From NCBI RefSeq assembly GCF_006345805.1, contig NC_042999.1, positions 125,302,001 to 125,366,000 of the forward strand: a stretch of DNA of 64,000 nt, given 5' to 3'. This stretch comes from Octopus sinensis (lineage: Eukaryota). A program made the position numbers and the translations under genes. The notes below the pieces were generated by a model. It was not told where the DNA came from. It searched no databases and saw only the letters and a program-made list of their open reading frames with translations. Positions 1 through 14,384 of this stretch are shown here, piece by piece; the stretch's first letter is position 1; the number at the start of each line of letters is the position of its first letter.

Positions 1-295
1 GCTGCTAGAAATAACAACCAAATGTACCTGAAATCACATCCTTAAAAGGATAAGAATAAGTTGGGTGATGTAGTCTTAGAGATATGCTAGGAAAAAAGAG
101 AAGATCATTATGACGGGTCTGTTCGATCAGATCAGCAACTTGTTTTACTTGTTTCAGGCATTGATGAGCTGCGACCATGCTTGCACACCACTTTGTAAGA
201 TTAGTCGACTAAATAGACCCCAGTACTTATTTTTTCAAGTCTAGTACTTATTCTGTCGCTGTCTTGTGGCTAAGTTATGGGGCTGTATACAAATC

Positions 296-349
<54 letters not shown>

Positions 350-350
350 C

Positions 351-876
351 CAGGGTGTCCCCCAAAAATTGACATCATATCTGAGTAGCTACATGTCCGA
401 GGTAAACGAAATTAAATAGACTTTATGTTGAACAATAAAAGATTTATTTATCAAAATTCGAACAAGAAATTCAGAGGGATGTAGATTTTATAAACGATTT
501 CACAAAGCTTCCCAAATGTTCAATATGCGCACCGCCTGTGACACGACACAAGTCAAGTCGGTAGTCCAGATCCTGCCAAACACGCTGTAGCATGTCTTGC
601 GTAACGTTCTCCAGCACCTCAATGATTTTATACTTGGGTTCCTCTAGGCTTGTAGAAAGAGGGGGCTACAGACCAATCCTTTCACATAGGGCCCTAGAAA
701 AAAAAACACAAGGTGTCAAATCAGGTTGATGAGGTGGTCATTTCAACAGCATGTTGTCATTATCACTGGCATGCCTGATCCAGACTTTGTTTTTACACAT
801 TTTATTGAAATTTGAGATCATTTGGGTGAGAGCTGGCTATGTTATTAGACTACAAAATGTCCATTTTGTGGGGACT

Positions 877-880
<4 letters not shown>
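351..880 (-). mobile_element. Internally deleted Tc1/mariner-superfamily element with TIRs
   Basis: TIR cagggtgtcccccaaaaattgacat (351-375) matches atgtccattttgtggggactctct (857-880) in inverted orientation. The minus strand encodes PDLTPCVFF and ENVTQDMLQRVWQDLDYRLDLCRVTGGAHIEHL, a WPPRSPDLTPLDFFLWG-type transposase C-terminus. Confidence 0.8.
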
Positions 881-912
<32 letters not shown>

Positions 913-967
913 CCTCTCCCTCCTCCTCTCTCTCTCCTCCCTCCCTCTCTCTCTCTCTCTCTCTCTG

Positions 968-1035
<68 letters not shown>
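875..1035. repeat. (CT)n-(TA)n compound microsatellite
   Basis: Directly visible. Confidence 0.95.
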
Positions 1036-1037
<2 letters not shown>

Positions 1038-1920
1038 GGGGGCTTCCATACGGTTTCCGTTTGCCAGATTCTCTCACAAATCATTAATAGGCCCAGAATA
1101 CGTGATTGCGAAACGAACTTTTTAAGCACGCAACCATTTTGGCGTAAACTTTTTTTTCTCTCTCTCTCTCTTCTTGATGTATTACTTCATGAAAGTAAAC
1201 TACCATTTATGCAATTTTTTTTGTGTTTGTCTATAACATCAAGGTAACTCTTTGAGTATGTCGGAAGTCTGCAATCCTCTGAGACTCAGTAATATTTGTA
1301 GGAGACTCTGAGTTTGTGAAAGTTTATTTCTTTGGCCATGTGTCTGCCTGTAATCACTCCCGTATTCCGCTCTTTTTCATTCAATCAGTTAGAAATAAAC
1401 TGTTCTTGCTTTGATTATTGCAGGAACAGTAGCAGTTGGTGGTGGTGGTGGTGGTGGTGGTGGCTTTAGTGTTGGCAACGTGGATGATGGCTTCAGTGGT
1501 ATAGAAGATATGCTAATAATGCCGATTTTGGTAGGAGTGGCGTTGTTGCTGTTTAACTCCAGAACGCCTCTGCTACAGTAGATCTCTAAGGTCAACGACA
1601 TTGAAGCCGTGACCATTTCGCGTTTTGTTCTTTCCCCTCTAGACAGTGTATCTAGCACTACGTTATCTAATATGTACGTCCTTGTTTTAAAAACACTAGG
1701 TTAGGACTTGAGAGAGGTGTCTGCCATTTCTAGCAAATCGACCGATTGCATAAAAACTTTCTCGTTGACCAGCGGTGATGGTGTATGGTCGTAAGCGGTG
1801 GTGGTGCTAACTGGTCGATTGGATTGTAATTTCTTTTTCTTTTTAATAACTGTATATACTTTTCGTTCATTAAACAGATTGACTGTCCTCTCATCAATTT
1901 CACACTATTCTCAGAACAAC

Positions 1921-1962
1921 CCCCTCTTTCTCTCTCTCTCTCTCCTCTCCCATCTCTCTCTC

Positions 1963-2004
<42 letters not shown>

Positions 2005-2099
2005 ATCCTCTCTCCTCTCTCTCTCTCTCTCTATCTCTCTCTCCTCTCTCTCTCCTCTCTCTCTCTTCTTCTCTCTCTCTCTCTCACACACACACACAC
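1921..2099. repeat. Imperfect (CT)n + (CA)n microsatellite
   Basis: Directly visible polypyrimidine tract. Confidence 0.95.
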
Positions 2100-2670
2100 T
2101 TACAGCAGGAACAATGACATGTTTTGCCTGTTCTCCTTATGGTGTCCATACCTAATCACCCACTTGGGATTTAGGAGTGGGGGTCAGCTTAGCAGAAAAA
2201 CCACTGGAAGTTAATGGCCAAAATACTAAGGACTATAAATTGTATACTTTGTTATCCCCTCCATTTGACTTCAGTTAGCGACCATGTTTTTACCATGTAA
2301 AATCTATCCTTCTCAAGCCTATTCTTATGTCGTGCATATCTGTACCTCTCAGATCTCCTTATACACAGTTAGTTAGTTTCGGCCTCTACGTAAACACTTA
2401 TGTCGCACTTTTTCTTTTTAGCATCTTTCTGTTATTGGACAGTCCTCATTTCTCTAAGACAAATGATTTATTATTATTACAATGGCAACAGTGACTCAAA
2501 TTATCAGGTTGAGGAAATGCTAGTCATGTGCATGACACTTCTAATGACTTTAGAAGCGTGAATGATCTCAACGGGGTGTGTATGTGGGTTGTAAATTCTC
2601 TTTGCGTTAACACTGTTGTTTCAGTGCAGTACTTGGACTATCAATGCATTCTGAACCAACACCGTGTGTA

Positions 2671-2709
<39 letters not shown>

Positions 2710-3307
2710 GCTAAGTAAGGGTAGTATTAATACTATCTTTACTTATCTAACTCATTCTCTCTCTCTCTCTCTCTCTCACTCTATCTCTTATCTCTACCTT
2801 CTTGATCTTTAAATTGGTACTTAAAAACATCTACTGATTTACTCCCCTTTAAGTTCTCATCTCGTTCCTCTCTCATCTACTCTCTCTCTATCTATCTATC
2901 TCCTTGATTTAAATTGGTTACTGAAAAACATCGGTGAAGAAACCAACTTTAAGTTTATTTCAGCTAAGTGTAAGGTTCTAATATAATAATACTCGGTTTG
3001 GATTTGCAAATATATAATAAAAAAAAAACAATAATAATAAAAGTTAAAATGTAAATCCCTCCCTTTATACCCGGAATTGACCTTTACGGAGTGATTCTGA
3101 AATGCTTTAATTTAATTGCAAACACGGGGAGAGAAATTTCCTAAGCAATATATATTAAAGTGATGGGTACTGGCATTTCAACGAGGTCACTTCCTGCTTT
3201 GAAAAGCTGGCGAAAAGTTGGGCAGTTCTGCAAGAAACCCCATTGGAATATTGCCATAAACTGAATATTGATATTTCGTTTTGGGATTTGGTTTAATCAT
3301 ATTTTAT

Positions 3308-3436
3308 TGTGTCTGGGAAGAGTCATTCTCTTTTAGTGCCTTATTTAACACACGCACCGGTAAAGTTTCCACTCATTTATTTATTTTTCCTAAAATTTCC
3401 GTTGCGTCTTGCAACCTTTTCAATAGTCGTTGACTC
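3308..3436 (-). repeat. Interspersed repeat, probable Penelope-like terminal repeat; inverted partner at 31757-31896
   Basis: The reverse complement matches 31757-31896, including CTATTGAAAAGGTTGCAAGACGCAACG. Confidence 0.65.
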
Positions 3437-5011
3437 CTGTCCGTTATCCGAGCTGCGTTCTTTTTGTTTGTTGTGTGTATGTGCTAATAACTCACTAACT
3501 TATATTTAATATATAGCAATACATAATGAAGTTCAGTTTTTATTTTTAGTTTATATTGAACACCCGCCGTGGTGTTTTATTGAATAGATAAAATAAAATT
3601 GTAAGTTCACTGCACGTACTGTTAATCAATACTGATCTTTTACTCGGATTTTCTTCGTGATGCTCATCCTTTAATACACCATAAAAGCAGACCCGAACTT
3701 AAAGAAAGGCGAACTGCTGGAGTCTACAAAGGTAATGGTAGGGACCCGTTGCAGTATAAAACGTATTCAGTTAGATATATCTTACAATTGAGAGATGAAG
3801 CTGGGAAAACGAGTTTGTAGTGAATAAAATCGTCTTATTGAGTAGAACTTTTAAAAGCCTGAGGTTCGAAAATTCTTTTGAATGAATGGTATCCCTGACT
3901 GTAAAAAGGTTGGGGACTGCTCTATAGTTACTTAAGTTTAAAGAACTTGAAGATCTACTATTCAGTTTTCGGTAATAACCCGAGAAAATAGCTGCTTTTT
4001 TTTTTTATTGTACTTAAAACAATAATTGAATTCATGCTTTATGTATGCTTTGTCAGAACTTGACCTGTTTATGTATTAAGATCTACTTCAACACTTTAAG
4101 TGTTTACGCTAATTTTTCCATACATTTATGTATTCATTGTTCTTGCAGATTCAAGTATCTTAGGAGTTATAAAACTGAACCGTTTGACAATGTGCCTCTT
4201 CTTTCTTTTTTTTTACTAAATACGCTTCCAATGTTGACAAAAGGCATAGAAGGAGACAGGGATATTGAAAGTAATCAAATTTTAGATGCTCTGTGGTGAG
4301 AACTAATTTGATGTAACTCTAAGGTTTAAGCTGAAACCTTGTAGCTAGCAATGTTTCAGCTCTATTTCTATAGTATTCAACTTGTCATCAGAGTAGATTA
4401 ACTCGGAAATGGGATTGAACTTCCTCTAATCTGTGGTCAGTTACTCGACTTGTAATGAAGAAAATACCGTCGGTTTGCTACGAGGCCTCTAGTAGTTTGC
4501 TTTTTATGAGCGCACCCTAATATCTGATTAGAATAAAAGGAAATATTAAGTTTGATAATAACGAATTAGACGGACGTGAAGTCGCCAAATGACACATGAG
4601 TTATTAATAGTGTTGTAATGGTTTAAACATAAACCTCTTAAAAATTTGCAGAAACAAACACTGTTGGTTCAAATACGGTTTCAACAACAGGAATGTTAAT
4701 TTACATCCGTTTTAGTAGCAGACTTCCTTTCACTAATAACTCCTGTGACCTCAGTCCTGCTGAATTTTCTAACAACATTCCAGCTTCATTTATTAAAAGC
4801 TCCATAATCCAAAAAGTTCTTCATCAGAGCATCGACAATGCTACTTCAGGTAGCTTTCAAACCCACAGTCTACTGCTTACTTTAAACCCTGTTGGTTTTA
4901 AAATCAATTATTTTTCGCTTGTCTTTTTAAATGTAGGATGGGCATTAATTTTTTTATTCGTTTGTTAGCTGCCATTCTTCATGCTAATAAACTATTTAGT
5001 TTCCTTAATTA

Positions 5012-5180
5012 ATGGTTTCAAATTTTGGCAGTGCTCAACTGATACTTCTTTCATCGACTCCGAAAGGACGAAAGGTAAAGTCGACCTCGGTGGAATTTGA
5101 ACTCAGAACGTGCAGATTGACGAAATGCCGCTAAGCATTTTACTTGGTACGCTAACGATTCTGCCAGCTCACCATCTTAG
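5012..5180 (-). mobile_element. Family-A SINE
   Basis: Reverse complement of GGTGAGCTGGCAGAATCGTTAGC...GTTCTGAGTTCAAATTCCACCGAGGTCGACTTT. Confidence 0.85.
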
Positions 5181-5984
5181 TTTCCTTAATTAATGCTGCC
5201 AGTTTGTATTTAGTTGTACTCATAACTTAGTATAACACAGAACCGGAATTGGCAACTTGTATTCATTATTGTTAATTGAGATTTCAGTATTTTCTTGGAA
5301 GATTTACTGTGGTTGTAATTCCTCCTTGAGTAGTCAATAAACATACTTCTAAAAAAAAAAAAGTCATTTGAGTCAAGATCAAAAGTGCGAAATAAACGGG
5401 AAGACTTCCTTACATTTTCTTTTTCTTTTTATATTTAAAGTTGCATGAAGCTTTTTAACTGTAGAATTCCGTCCATTGCTACTTCTCTACAGTGTAGCTA
5501 TTTATTAGAAACTAATTGTATTAGGGTGTCACTCTGTTATTATATCTAGGTCAGACGTCTCATCGACTGATACAGCAAAGTAGTTTAGTTATATACATAA
5601 GTGGGATCAGCTGGTTACCCGCTATGCCTGTACTTCAACCAGTCACCCCTTATGAACTGAGTAGTAATAATTTACAATACAGTAAAACACACATCTGGCC
5701 TTCTGTGTGTGCGTCGCACGCGCAAAGTATAGTCTTTATATTCATGTATTGCTTTTAATGTGTACGTGTGTAAATACATATATGAATGTATGCATATGTT
5801 AGTCAACCATAATTTTTAGACAGTATATGCGGTTTACGCTAAATTTAAGACTCTTATTCGTTTAGATCAGTATTTCTCAAAGGATTGAGGGGCGCTGTGG
5901 AACATTATAGACAAGAGCAGTGTGCATGGAGGGGAGGGCTAAACGTAAAAGTTCAGAGGTGATGAACCCCAAAATCGTTTTAGC

Positions 5985-6930
5985 ATGGCTGTGTGGTTAA
6001 GACGTTCACTTGGAAACCACGTGGTTTGTGGTTCAGTACCATTGTGTGGCACTTTTGGACGTTTTTTACTATTACCCCGAGGTGACCAATGCCTTGAGAG
6101 TGATTTTGTTAAGCGAAAAATCGTCATATATATTGTTTTTTATCTTTTACTCGTTTCACTCATTAGACTGCGAAAATTTTTCAAGGGACTTGGCTGTTAT
6201 TTCTAACATGTCGAGAGACCTTCTAGGCTTAACTTTATGCACTGGTAGAAAATCATCTAAAAATAATTCTGGGATTGATACAATCGACAAAAAATTTCTC
6301 AAGCATGGCCGCAGTCTAATGATTGCAACAAGTAAAAAGAAAAACAAAAATGAATTATATCACAGAAGTGGTTTTGATCAAGCTTTAAAAAAATTCTGGG
6401 TTCCATACTGCCATCTAAAAATTCTTCAAGGTGGTGCGCCAGCATGGCCGGCTGCAGTTTAACAGCAACAAATAAAAAAAATTCTGGGGTCGATACATTC
6501 AACTAAAAATTCTCAATACGAAAAAATAACCGAAAACTATAACCGTGGAGCTTTTGTCCTAGGGGACTTTTGTCCGGACTCCGATTTAACACGACCTGGT
6601 GAAGTAAACATAATCCTCAAAAGTCACATTAATGTAAATAATCTACTTGATTCTTTCATTCTTTTATTGTTTTACTGATCGCAGTCCTGGATTGCGACAT
6701 GCTGTGGCGCCTTCTTGAAGGGTTTAGTCGAGCAAATCCATCCCAGTACTTATTTTTAAGCCTGGCATTTATTCTTCGACCTCTTTTTTGTAGAATCGCT
6801 AGATTACAGTGACGTAAACAAACCAACACCGGTTGTCAAATGGTGAAAGAGGACAAACACACATACTTTCCGCACACTTTCTCTCGATCAAATTCATTCT
6901 TAAGGCATTGGTCGGTCGAGGTCTCTCACA
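5985..6930. mobile_element. Cluster of family-B SINE pieces (head 5985-6130 +, repeated tails 6240-6515 +, copy 6655-6925 -)
   Basis: ATGGCTGTGTGGTTAAGA...GGTTCAGTACC head and CAGCATGGCCGCAGTC tail motifs. Confidence 0.7.
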
Positions 6931-9209
6931 ATTATTTGTGAATTCATCCTCGGGCTCCCTTTTAAAAATCCATTTCAGAATTTGAACAGAATCTTCCTCT
7001 CATTGTTTTCTATACTTTGGGATTAACTCCATTAATGTTTCTTCCATTTGTATTCAAAATGTTTAGAAATGCTGGGGTTTGTTTACTACCAGCCCTATAT
7101 CTCCATATATTACACTATCACTTTGATTTTCTACTATTTTTAGACGTTTAAGTCACACACTAGATGGCCATCTCTATATTCTGATTATTTCAGATTTATC
7201 GTAAGATGAAATATTTCCTCCGCTCTTCGTTAAAATTCATAACATTTGTGAATAATGATTTGTAAGAAGCTTGCTTCCCAACCACGTAGTTCTGGGTTCA
7301 GTCACACTCCATACTATAACTGGGGTCTATTCATTTGACTGAAAATTCTTCACGCCAGTGCCCCAGCATATATGCCTAGGTATACATGTGTGCATATATA
7401 TTTATGTGTATATATATTTACATGCGTGTGTATACATACTGACACATGTAAAAAGAAAAAAATTATTGATTCCTATATGGATTTAATAGGCGATTATGTC
7501 ATTTCCTAAAATGTGCTTATCAAATGCACTACACCTATCCTCTATCGCTCATAAGTGTAATGTGTTGGCGTCGAAAGAAAACCATTATTTTACAAGATCA
7601 AAAGGAGGTATCTGAGTAAGAAACAGTTGAGAACCACTTGTCTAGACTGTAACCTTAAGTAACTTCTGGCTTTCTAAATGATGTCATGAAATTCATTGAC
7701 AGCCAGAAATTAACTAGCGAATACTTTTGTCGATTCACGGATTTTTTATGTTAGTCTTACAAGTTCAATAAACTTACTTTCACAAAATAAAGTAACTTAC
7801 AGAACCCTGAGAGGGAGGGGGGGAGAGAGTGTGTGATTAGTAGATAAAATTGTTTTTAACATCACTCTCTATAACAGAAAAAAAGCGCATATTTCCGCAA
7901 ACTTTATGCAGACACCAGCGTGGTATAAAGTTTGAAAAGCTGTACGTATTACCAGGTTCAGTTCACATGTCCACTAATGGGATTCTGCTTTTCCAAGACT
8001 GTTATCTACTTGGTGATACTTACTCCTTGATAACATCCCGGGATACTCATAGTCAATGAATTCAAAGTGATGTTCCTTCAGCATATACACTTCAGACAGG
8101 GACAAAGAAAACTTCGTGTCCTTGACCAGTTTTATTTGGAGCATCGAGATCAATATAACTGGTTCAGTACATCCTTAATAAGTCATCTCTTTACTCGCTC
8201 TCACCATGTAACTACCGTCTTTGTCTTTGTGAAAAACTGCTCATATCCCTTGACGAGAGACTGAACTTTCATATATTAACCATAAGTGAAACTTTCTATT
8301 AGCTAATTTTAAATTATTAGTTGTTGACGCTAGTCCATTAGTTTTACAGCTAAAATTATCTTATTTCCTTGTAATTGCTAAGAAAAGGTTGGCTACAACC
8401 AGCCAATAGAGTTTGCTTCAACCTACCATTCAGCAGTCAAGCTGGCTAACAGAAACAAGTTTCACTCATTATATTATATCTTACCATTCAGTATCAGGGT
8501 ATCTGAGGGATCAAACATGCTTCTTGTGTTTGTGAAACTAGTAGCTATATAGATCTGCGTCAAACTGTTGATACAAATACGTTAACGTCCACAGCATTAC
8601 ACTTATGAGCGATAGAGGTGTAGTGCATTTGATAAGCACATTTTAGGAAATTACATAATCACCTATTAAATCAATATAGGAATCAATAATCTTTTTTCTT
8701 TTACATGTGTCAGTATGTATACACACGCATGCAAATATTTATACACATAAATATAATGTATGGCGTATGTATGTATGGCATTTTGTTTTGCTTTCGTTTG
8801 TTTCCACATACACGTATTTATGCGTGTATGTGTATGTATGCACGTGTGTGTACGCACGCGCATATATATGTATATATATTTTTTCATACACTAGAGAGAG
8901 AGTTTTAGCTTGAGAATTAAGTACGATCTAAAATTTCTTGATATTTCTAATAAAGCTTGTTCTTAAACCAACATCTTCCACTCACCAGACATATGTGATA
9001 TTGTCTGCCACCGAAGCAACTATGCGTAATATACAATGATTTATCTGATTTTCATTTGATCCATTTTTTCTTCTATCCAAGAATAAGATTTATGTCTTAT
9101 ATTATCTGTCTTAACTTGGCATACTGTGGGTTTGTGAATTGGGAAACATTCCATCGATTCATTACTGTAAACTATTCTTGCTCATCTGACTCCAGTAACA
9201 ATCACTCGT

Positions 9210-9445
9210 GTATTATGTATTATGTATGTATTATGTATGTATGTATGTGTGTATGTATGTGTGTGTATGTATGTATGTGTGTATGTATGTGTGTGTATGT
9301 TTGTGTGTATGTATGTGTGTGTATGTGTGTATGTATGTGCGTGTATGAGTGTATGTATGTATGTACGTACGTACGTACGTATGTATGTATGTATGTATGT
9401 ATGTATGTATGTATGTATGTATGTATGCATGCATGCATACATGTA
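9210..9445. repeat. (TATG)/(TG) compound microsatellite
   Basis: Directly visible. Confidence 0.95.
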
Positions 9446-10097
9446 TGGTATTCAGTTTAGCGGTACCTTTTAACATTGAAACGATAGACATATGCATGGT
9501 GAACAGTCTTTTGACTTCTTTTCTTTTAACCAAATTATTTCCTTCTTTATGGTTAAGGCTCTACTACTAATATCAGGAATAATTTCCTTCCTTCTTACTC
9601 TGTGTGTGTGTGTGTGCATAGGTATACATGTGTGTATATATACTTACATATATTTGCATGTGTGTATACATACATAGCACACAAACAATCCACTCTTCAC
9701 TCGTTTTTTTCCACTCACAGCTTTAATATTCAACTCTCTGAAACACTAGCTTCTATCACATATATAATAATGATTTCTTTTGACTTGACACCGCATCAAT
9801 AAAACATTCCTCGGTGCACACCACACAAACTATCCGCTACAGTAAATTATTGATTTGAATGGTTTCTTCGTTTTGCCTTTCTTGTTTCATAATTTTCTTC
9901 CACGAAAGAAAAACAAGGTGTGTTTTTCTTATAAGTTCTCTACGGCTGTACACAATACGTTTGATTCCCATCCAACCTCATCTCACCTTACCTTACTCGC
10001 CTGTGTGTCAAGGAACATTGTAAATGCTCACCTGAAGACCTGTACTTTCTAGAAGCAATTAAACAGACTTTATTTCGGTTTGTATCCACCAAATTCT

Positions 10098-10447
10098 GAA
10101 GAAGCTGGCATTGAAACCACGCCGTTTCGGTTTTAGTCCCACTGCATGGCATCTTAGGCAAGTGTTTTCTACTATAATCTCGAGTTGACTGATGCCTTGT
10201 GGGTGAAATTGATTGACAGAAATTGTGTAGAAGTGTGTGCGTGTGTGTATGTTTACTCTCACAATATGACTGCTTGACATGTGTTGGTTTGTTTACGTCT
10301 CTATGACTTAGCAGTTCGGTAAAAGAGAATGATAGAACAAATATCAGAATTTCAATAATAAGCAGTGGGTTCGATTTTTTCCACTGAACCCTTCAAATTG
10401 CTGTCACTGAATCGCTGCAGTTCAATGACCGAAACAAGTTAAATAAG
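10098..10447 (+). mobile_element. Family-B SINE
   Basis: AGTCCCACTGCATGGCATCTTAGGCAAGTG core, internal TG repeat and GCAGTTCAATGACCGAAACAAG tail. Confidence 0.75.
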
Positions 10448-11749
10448 AACGGGTTGCGTTCTTAAAGGATGTAAAAGGAAAAACAAAAATTTGTACTCGT
10501 TGAGAAGACACCCAAACAGAGTGGGGAAAAGTTTTAGAAACCAAAGACTAAGTTTACTATAGTCAGCGACAATTCTGTTGTTGTTCGATTTGTTAGAAAA
10601 AGTAACAAAATCTCCTTTAAATTACACTCAACCATCTTGAAAAGAGAAAACATTGGATGATCTGGTCCTAAATATGAGACAAATTGGGTGGCCATGGCTG
10701 GAGCAACATTGGTCATAGGTCTGCTCAGTCAAAGCTGACCTTGGATTAAACAATAGCAATTATAAGGAACAGTTTTAGCGGTACGCTGTAACTTAGAAAA
10801 ATTTTTTTTTTATTTCTAGTAGCTCAAGCGACTTTGTAGAGATTCCTTTATTGGTTACTTGCCGATTCGAAATCGAATCCTCTGGAAATGAAAGGAAGAA
10901 ACTTTAGAATTTTACAGTATTTTACAGAACAGATCCACCTTTTAATTAAGTATCAGACCCGGTCAATCTATCAGCAGTGTATGATATCCTATGTACTAAT
11001 TTGAATGTGCAGCTTTACACGCGCGTGCGCGTGCATCTTGAAAGTGAAAGATTATGCTACTGACTTCAATCTTCTGTAATCACTTCATTGACATCTCGGG
11101 TTATTATATATGTTGTTAACAAAGGAGATAACATCAAAGTATGACGTCACTTTTGATTTCTTTTGTTAAATCTTAAACGCCAAAATTATTCGTGACAGCT
11201 TATCAAATTTCTTTTTGATATTCTTGATGTTTCTTGCATTTGTTTTTGTTAGCTGTCAAGTTTTCCTAGATGCCGCGTTATCTCAATAATATCGGTTTAA
11301 CTTTTGTCAGCCTGTGATTTCTACTTTGTTTTTTGTTTCGAATTTAAAACCGCAGAAACTTCCTGAAAATATTACATCATGCATATTTTAAGATTTTTGG
11401 GGGTTTTTTTGTTTAATTTCGTTTACGAACGACTAATATTGATTGTTGTCAATTAGCCATCACTTTAGCTGGGTTTAAAAATAATTAGTACTTCTATAAG
11501 TGCTCGTTGAAAGCATCAAGAAACCACTGTCTGTCTTCAATACTCGGAATAAAAATGAATATGCTTAATATAAATTCCATTCTTTGAAGACAGTAGCAAG
11601 ATTTAAACAGTTCGTTATGCTAAATTTATAGGCAAATGTCTTTCTGTTAACCATCACTTTTCTTCGTCTTATTCATTTTTCTTTAAGTGGCACGCTCTCG
11701 CACACCAGTTTCCTGTAATAAAAATAGTTTTTTTAAGTGTCTTTTCTTT

Positions 11750-13458
11750 TATCAGAGATGCCACAATTATACTCACTGATGACGTCATTGCCCTTCTTGA
11801 GCGGTCATAATAATGAATGTTATGACCTTTCGACTTTTATTCCTCAGATCATTTAAATATTACTTTCGTATCCAGTGCCGGTACTTGCAAAGTATTAAAC
11901 TTACTCGCTCAGGTCGTCTAATTGTACATAGAAAGCAACGGTTGCATGATAACTACAAATGGGTGATGAAATGTTCCAGGCTTCGAGTAAAAGAAAATAC
12001 AGGAGGATTCACACAATTGCAGCAGTCCTTCAGTTTTTCTAAGCCCTGTAAAAGAATTCGGAAGGCTAGGCCTCCAACAAGGCTTTCGCGACACCCTTAA
12101 AGCCAGGGACTTTCCAACACCCCTTTGTATAAATGAGTGTTATGTTACCTTTCACTGATTGCCGAGTTCAACGACATCTTCGGTACAGTTTGGTAAGAGA
12201 TGGGTTTCTCAAGGAATTTTTCGAGATACACTACAAGTAATCGGAATTCTAAGTGGAGCACCAACGATTCGATAATGACCAAATATTCTAAGTGACAATG
12301 AGGAAAACCTCTCCTGGTTCCTTGATCTGTTAGAAAAAATTAATCTCTTTCAAATTACATCTTACCGTTTTAAAACGGAAGGGAAGAACATATCTGAAAA
12401 AAATGGGAAGAAAGGGGCGCCTTTTATCATAGGTTTACTTGATAGGGACTGGTTTAAGTGCTTAACCAAATATACATAGATAATGTATAAAGCTATACAT
12501 CCACATCCACATTCACACACACCACATATGCACATAAAGATACTGTTGACATCTTACTTTGTAGNNNNNNNNNNNNNNNNNNNNNNNNNNNNNNNNNNNN
12601 NNNNNNNNNNNNNNNNNNNNNNNNNNNNNNNNNNNNNNNNNNNNNNNNNNNNNNNNNNNNNNNNTATCAGAGATGCCACAATATACTCACTGATGACGTC
12701 ATTGCCCTTCTTGAGCGGTCATAATAATGAATGTTATGACCTTTCGACTTTTATTCCTCAGATCATTTAAATATTACTTTCGTATCCAGGCCGGTACTTG
12801 CAAAGATTACTAACTTACTCGCTCAGGTCGTCTAATTGTACATAGAAAGCAACGGTTGCATGATAACTACAAATGGGTGATGAAATGTTCCAGGCTTCGA
12901 GTAAAGAAAATACAGGAGGATTCACACAATTGCAGCCAGTCCTTCAGTTTTTCTGCCCTGTAAAAGAATTCGGAAGGCTAGGCCTCCAACAAGGCTTTCG
13001 CGACACCCTTAAAGCCAGGGACTTTCCAACACCCCTTTGTATAAAATGAGTGTTATGTTACCTTTCACTGATTGCCGAGTTCAACGACATCTTCGGTACA
13101 GTTTGGTAGAAGATGGGTTCTCAGGGAATTTTTCGAGATACACTACAAGTAATCGGAATTCTAAGTGGAGCACCAACGATTCGATAATGACCAAATATTC
13201 TAAGTGACAATGAGGAAAACCTCTCCTGGTTCCTTGATCTGTTAGAAAAAAATTAATCTCTTTCAAATACCTCTTACCGTTTAAAACGGAAGGGAAGAAC
13301 ATATCTGAAAAAAAGGGGAAGAAAGGGGCGCCTTTTATCATAGGTTTACTTGATAGGGACTGGTTTAAGTGCTTAACCAAAATATACTTTACAATATAAT
13401 ATACATTCACACACACCACATATGCACATAAAGATACTGTTGACATCTTACTTTGTAG
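11750..13458. repeat. ~0.8-kb direct duplication flanking the gap (11750-12564 / 12665-13458)
   Basis: Both copies start tatcagagatgccacaat and end catcttactttgtag. They differ mostly by small indels. Confidence 0.95.
12565..12664. other. Assembly gap (100 N)
   Basis: Run of exactly 100 N. Confidence 1.
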
Positions 13459-13974
13459 TATTTGGCTTCACATCCATATAAATATAAAACCTGTAAACTA
13501 GGAGACAAACAGACTTAAAATAGACTTGGAGTAGAAACGACATGTCATTTGTGAGGTTGCGAATAGCAACGAAAGAATTTTGATGAACTTAGCTAATTGA
13601 TTGGGTGGCCGACCGATTAATCAAACGACTGATTAGTTAATTGGTTAAATGGCTAACTAGCTGACTTATAATAATAAAAGAAGTGAAATAAAACCAGTGC
13701 GTTTATTATTGGCATAATGGTCCTCCCGAAATACAGCAAAAACTGTGTACATAACTGTAAATTCGTAATTTGATTTCGTGCTATCTTCTTTCCAACGTGT
13801 GTGTGTGTTCTTTCATTTTTATAATGATTACCACCATATTACTGTCAATATCAATATCGCCACGTTTCAATGATAATCATGAATATACTTTACCACCAAT
13901 CTTATCACTAAATCTGAATTAGATGGATTCGGTTTCAAACAAGTTTCAAACATAAATAAATTTCTAACAGTGTT

Positions 13975-13991
13975 GTGTGTATGTATGTATG

Positions 13992-14038
<47 letters not shown>

Positions 14039-14351
14039 ATATATATTATATATATATATTATATATATGTATGTATTATATATATATATATAATATATGT
14101 ATGTAATATATATATGTATGTATATATATCTATATAGATATATATATATTATGTATATGTATATATATATGTATGTATGTATATTATATCTATATATATG
14201 TATATATATAGTATGTATGTATGTATATATATATATGTATGTATGTATATATTATGTATGTAGATGTATATATATATGTATGTATGTAGTATATATATAT
14301 GTATGTATGTATGTATGTATATATATATATGTATGTATGTATGTATGTATA

Positions 14352-14384
<33 letters not shown>

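Larger units (their letters stand above)
141..1138 (-). mobile_element. Family-B tRNA-derived SINE split by microsatellites and the mariner insertion
   Basis: 141-300 matches the 3' half and 1037-1138 the 5' half of the intact copies at 41485-41900 and 34020-34372. Confidence 0.6.

Noticed and set aside
1389-1658. Proline-rich ORF
   Set aside because: The poly-Pro comes from a (GGT)n microsatellite and there is no other coding signal.
3120-3260. ETS- and NF-kB-like motif cluster as possible promoter of the GTPase
   Set aside because: The matches are short and imperfect, and no convincing TSS or donor architecture was seen.
4693-4968. 91-aa ORF with vague Tc1 HTH resemblance
   Set aside because: No diagnostic residues and no TIRs identified.
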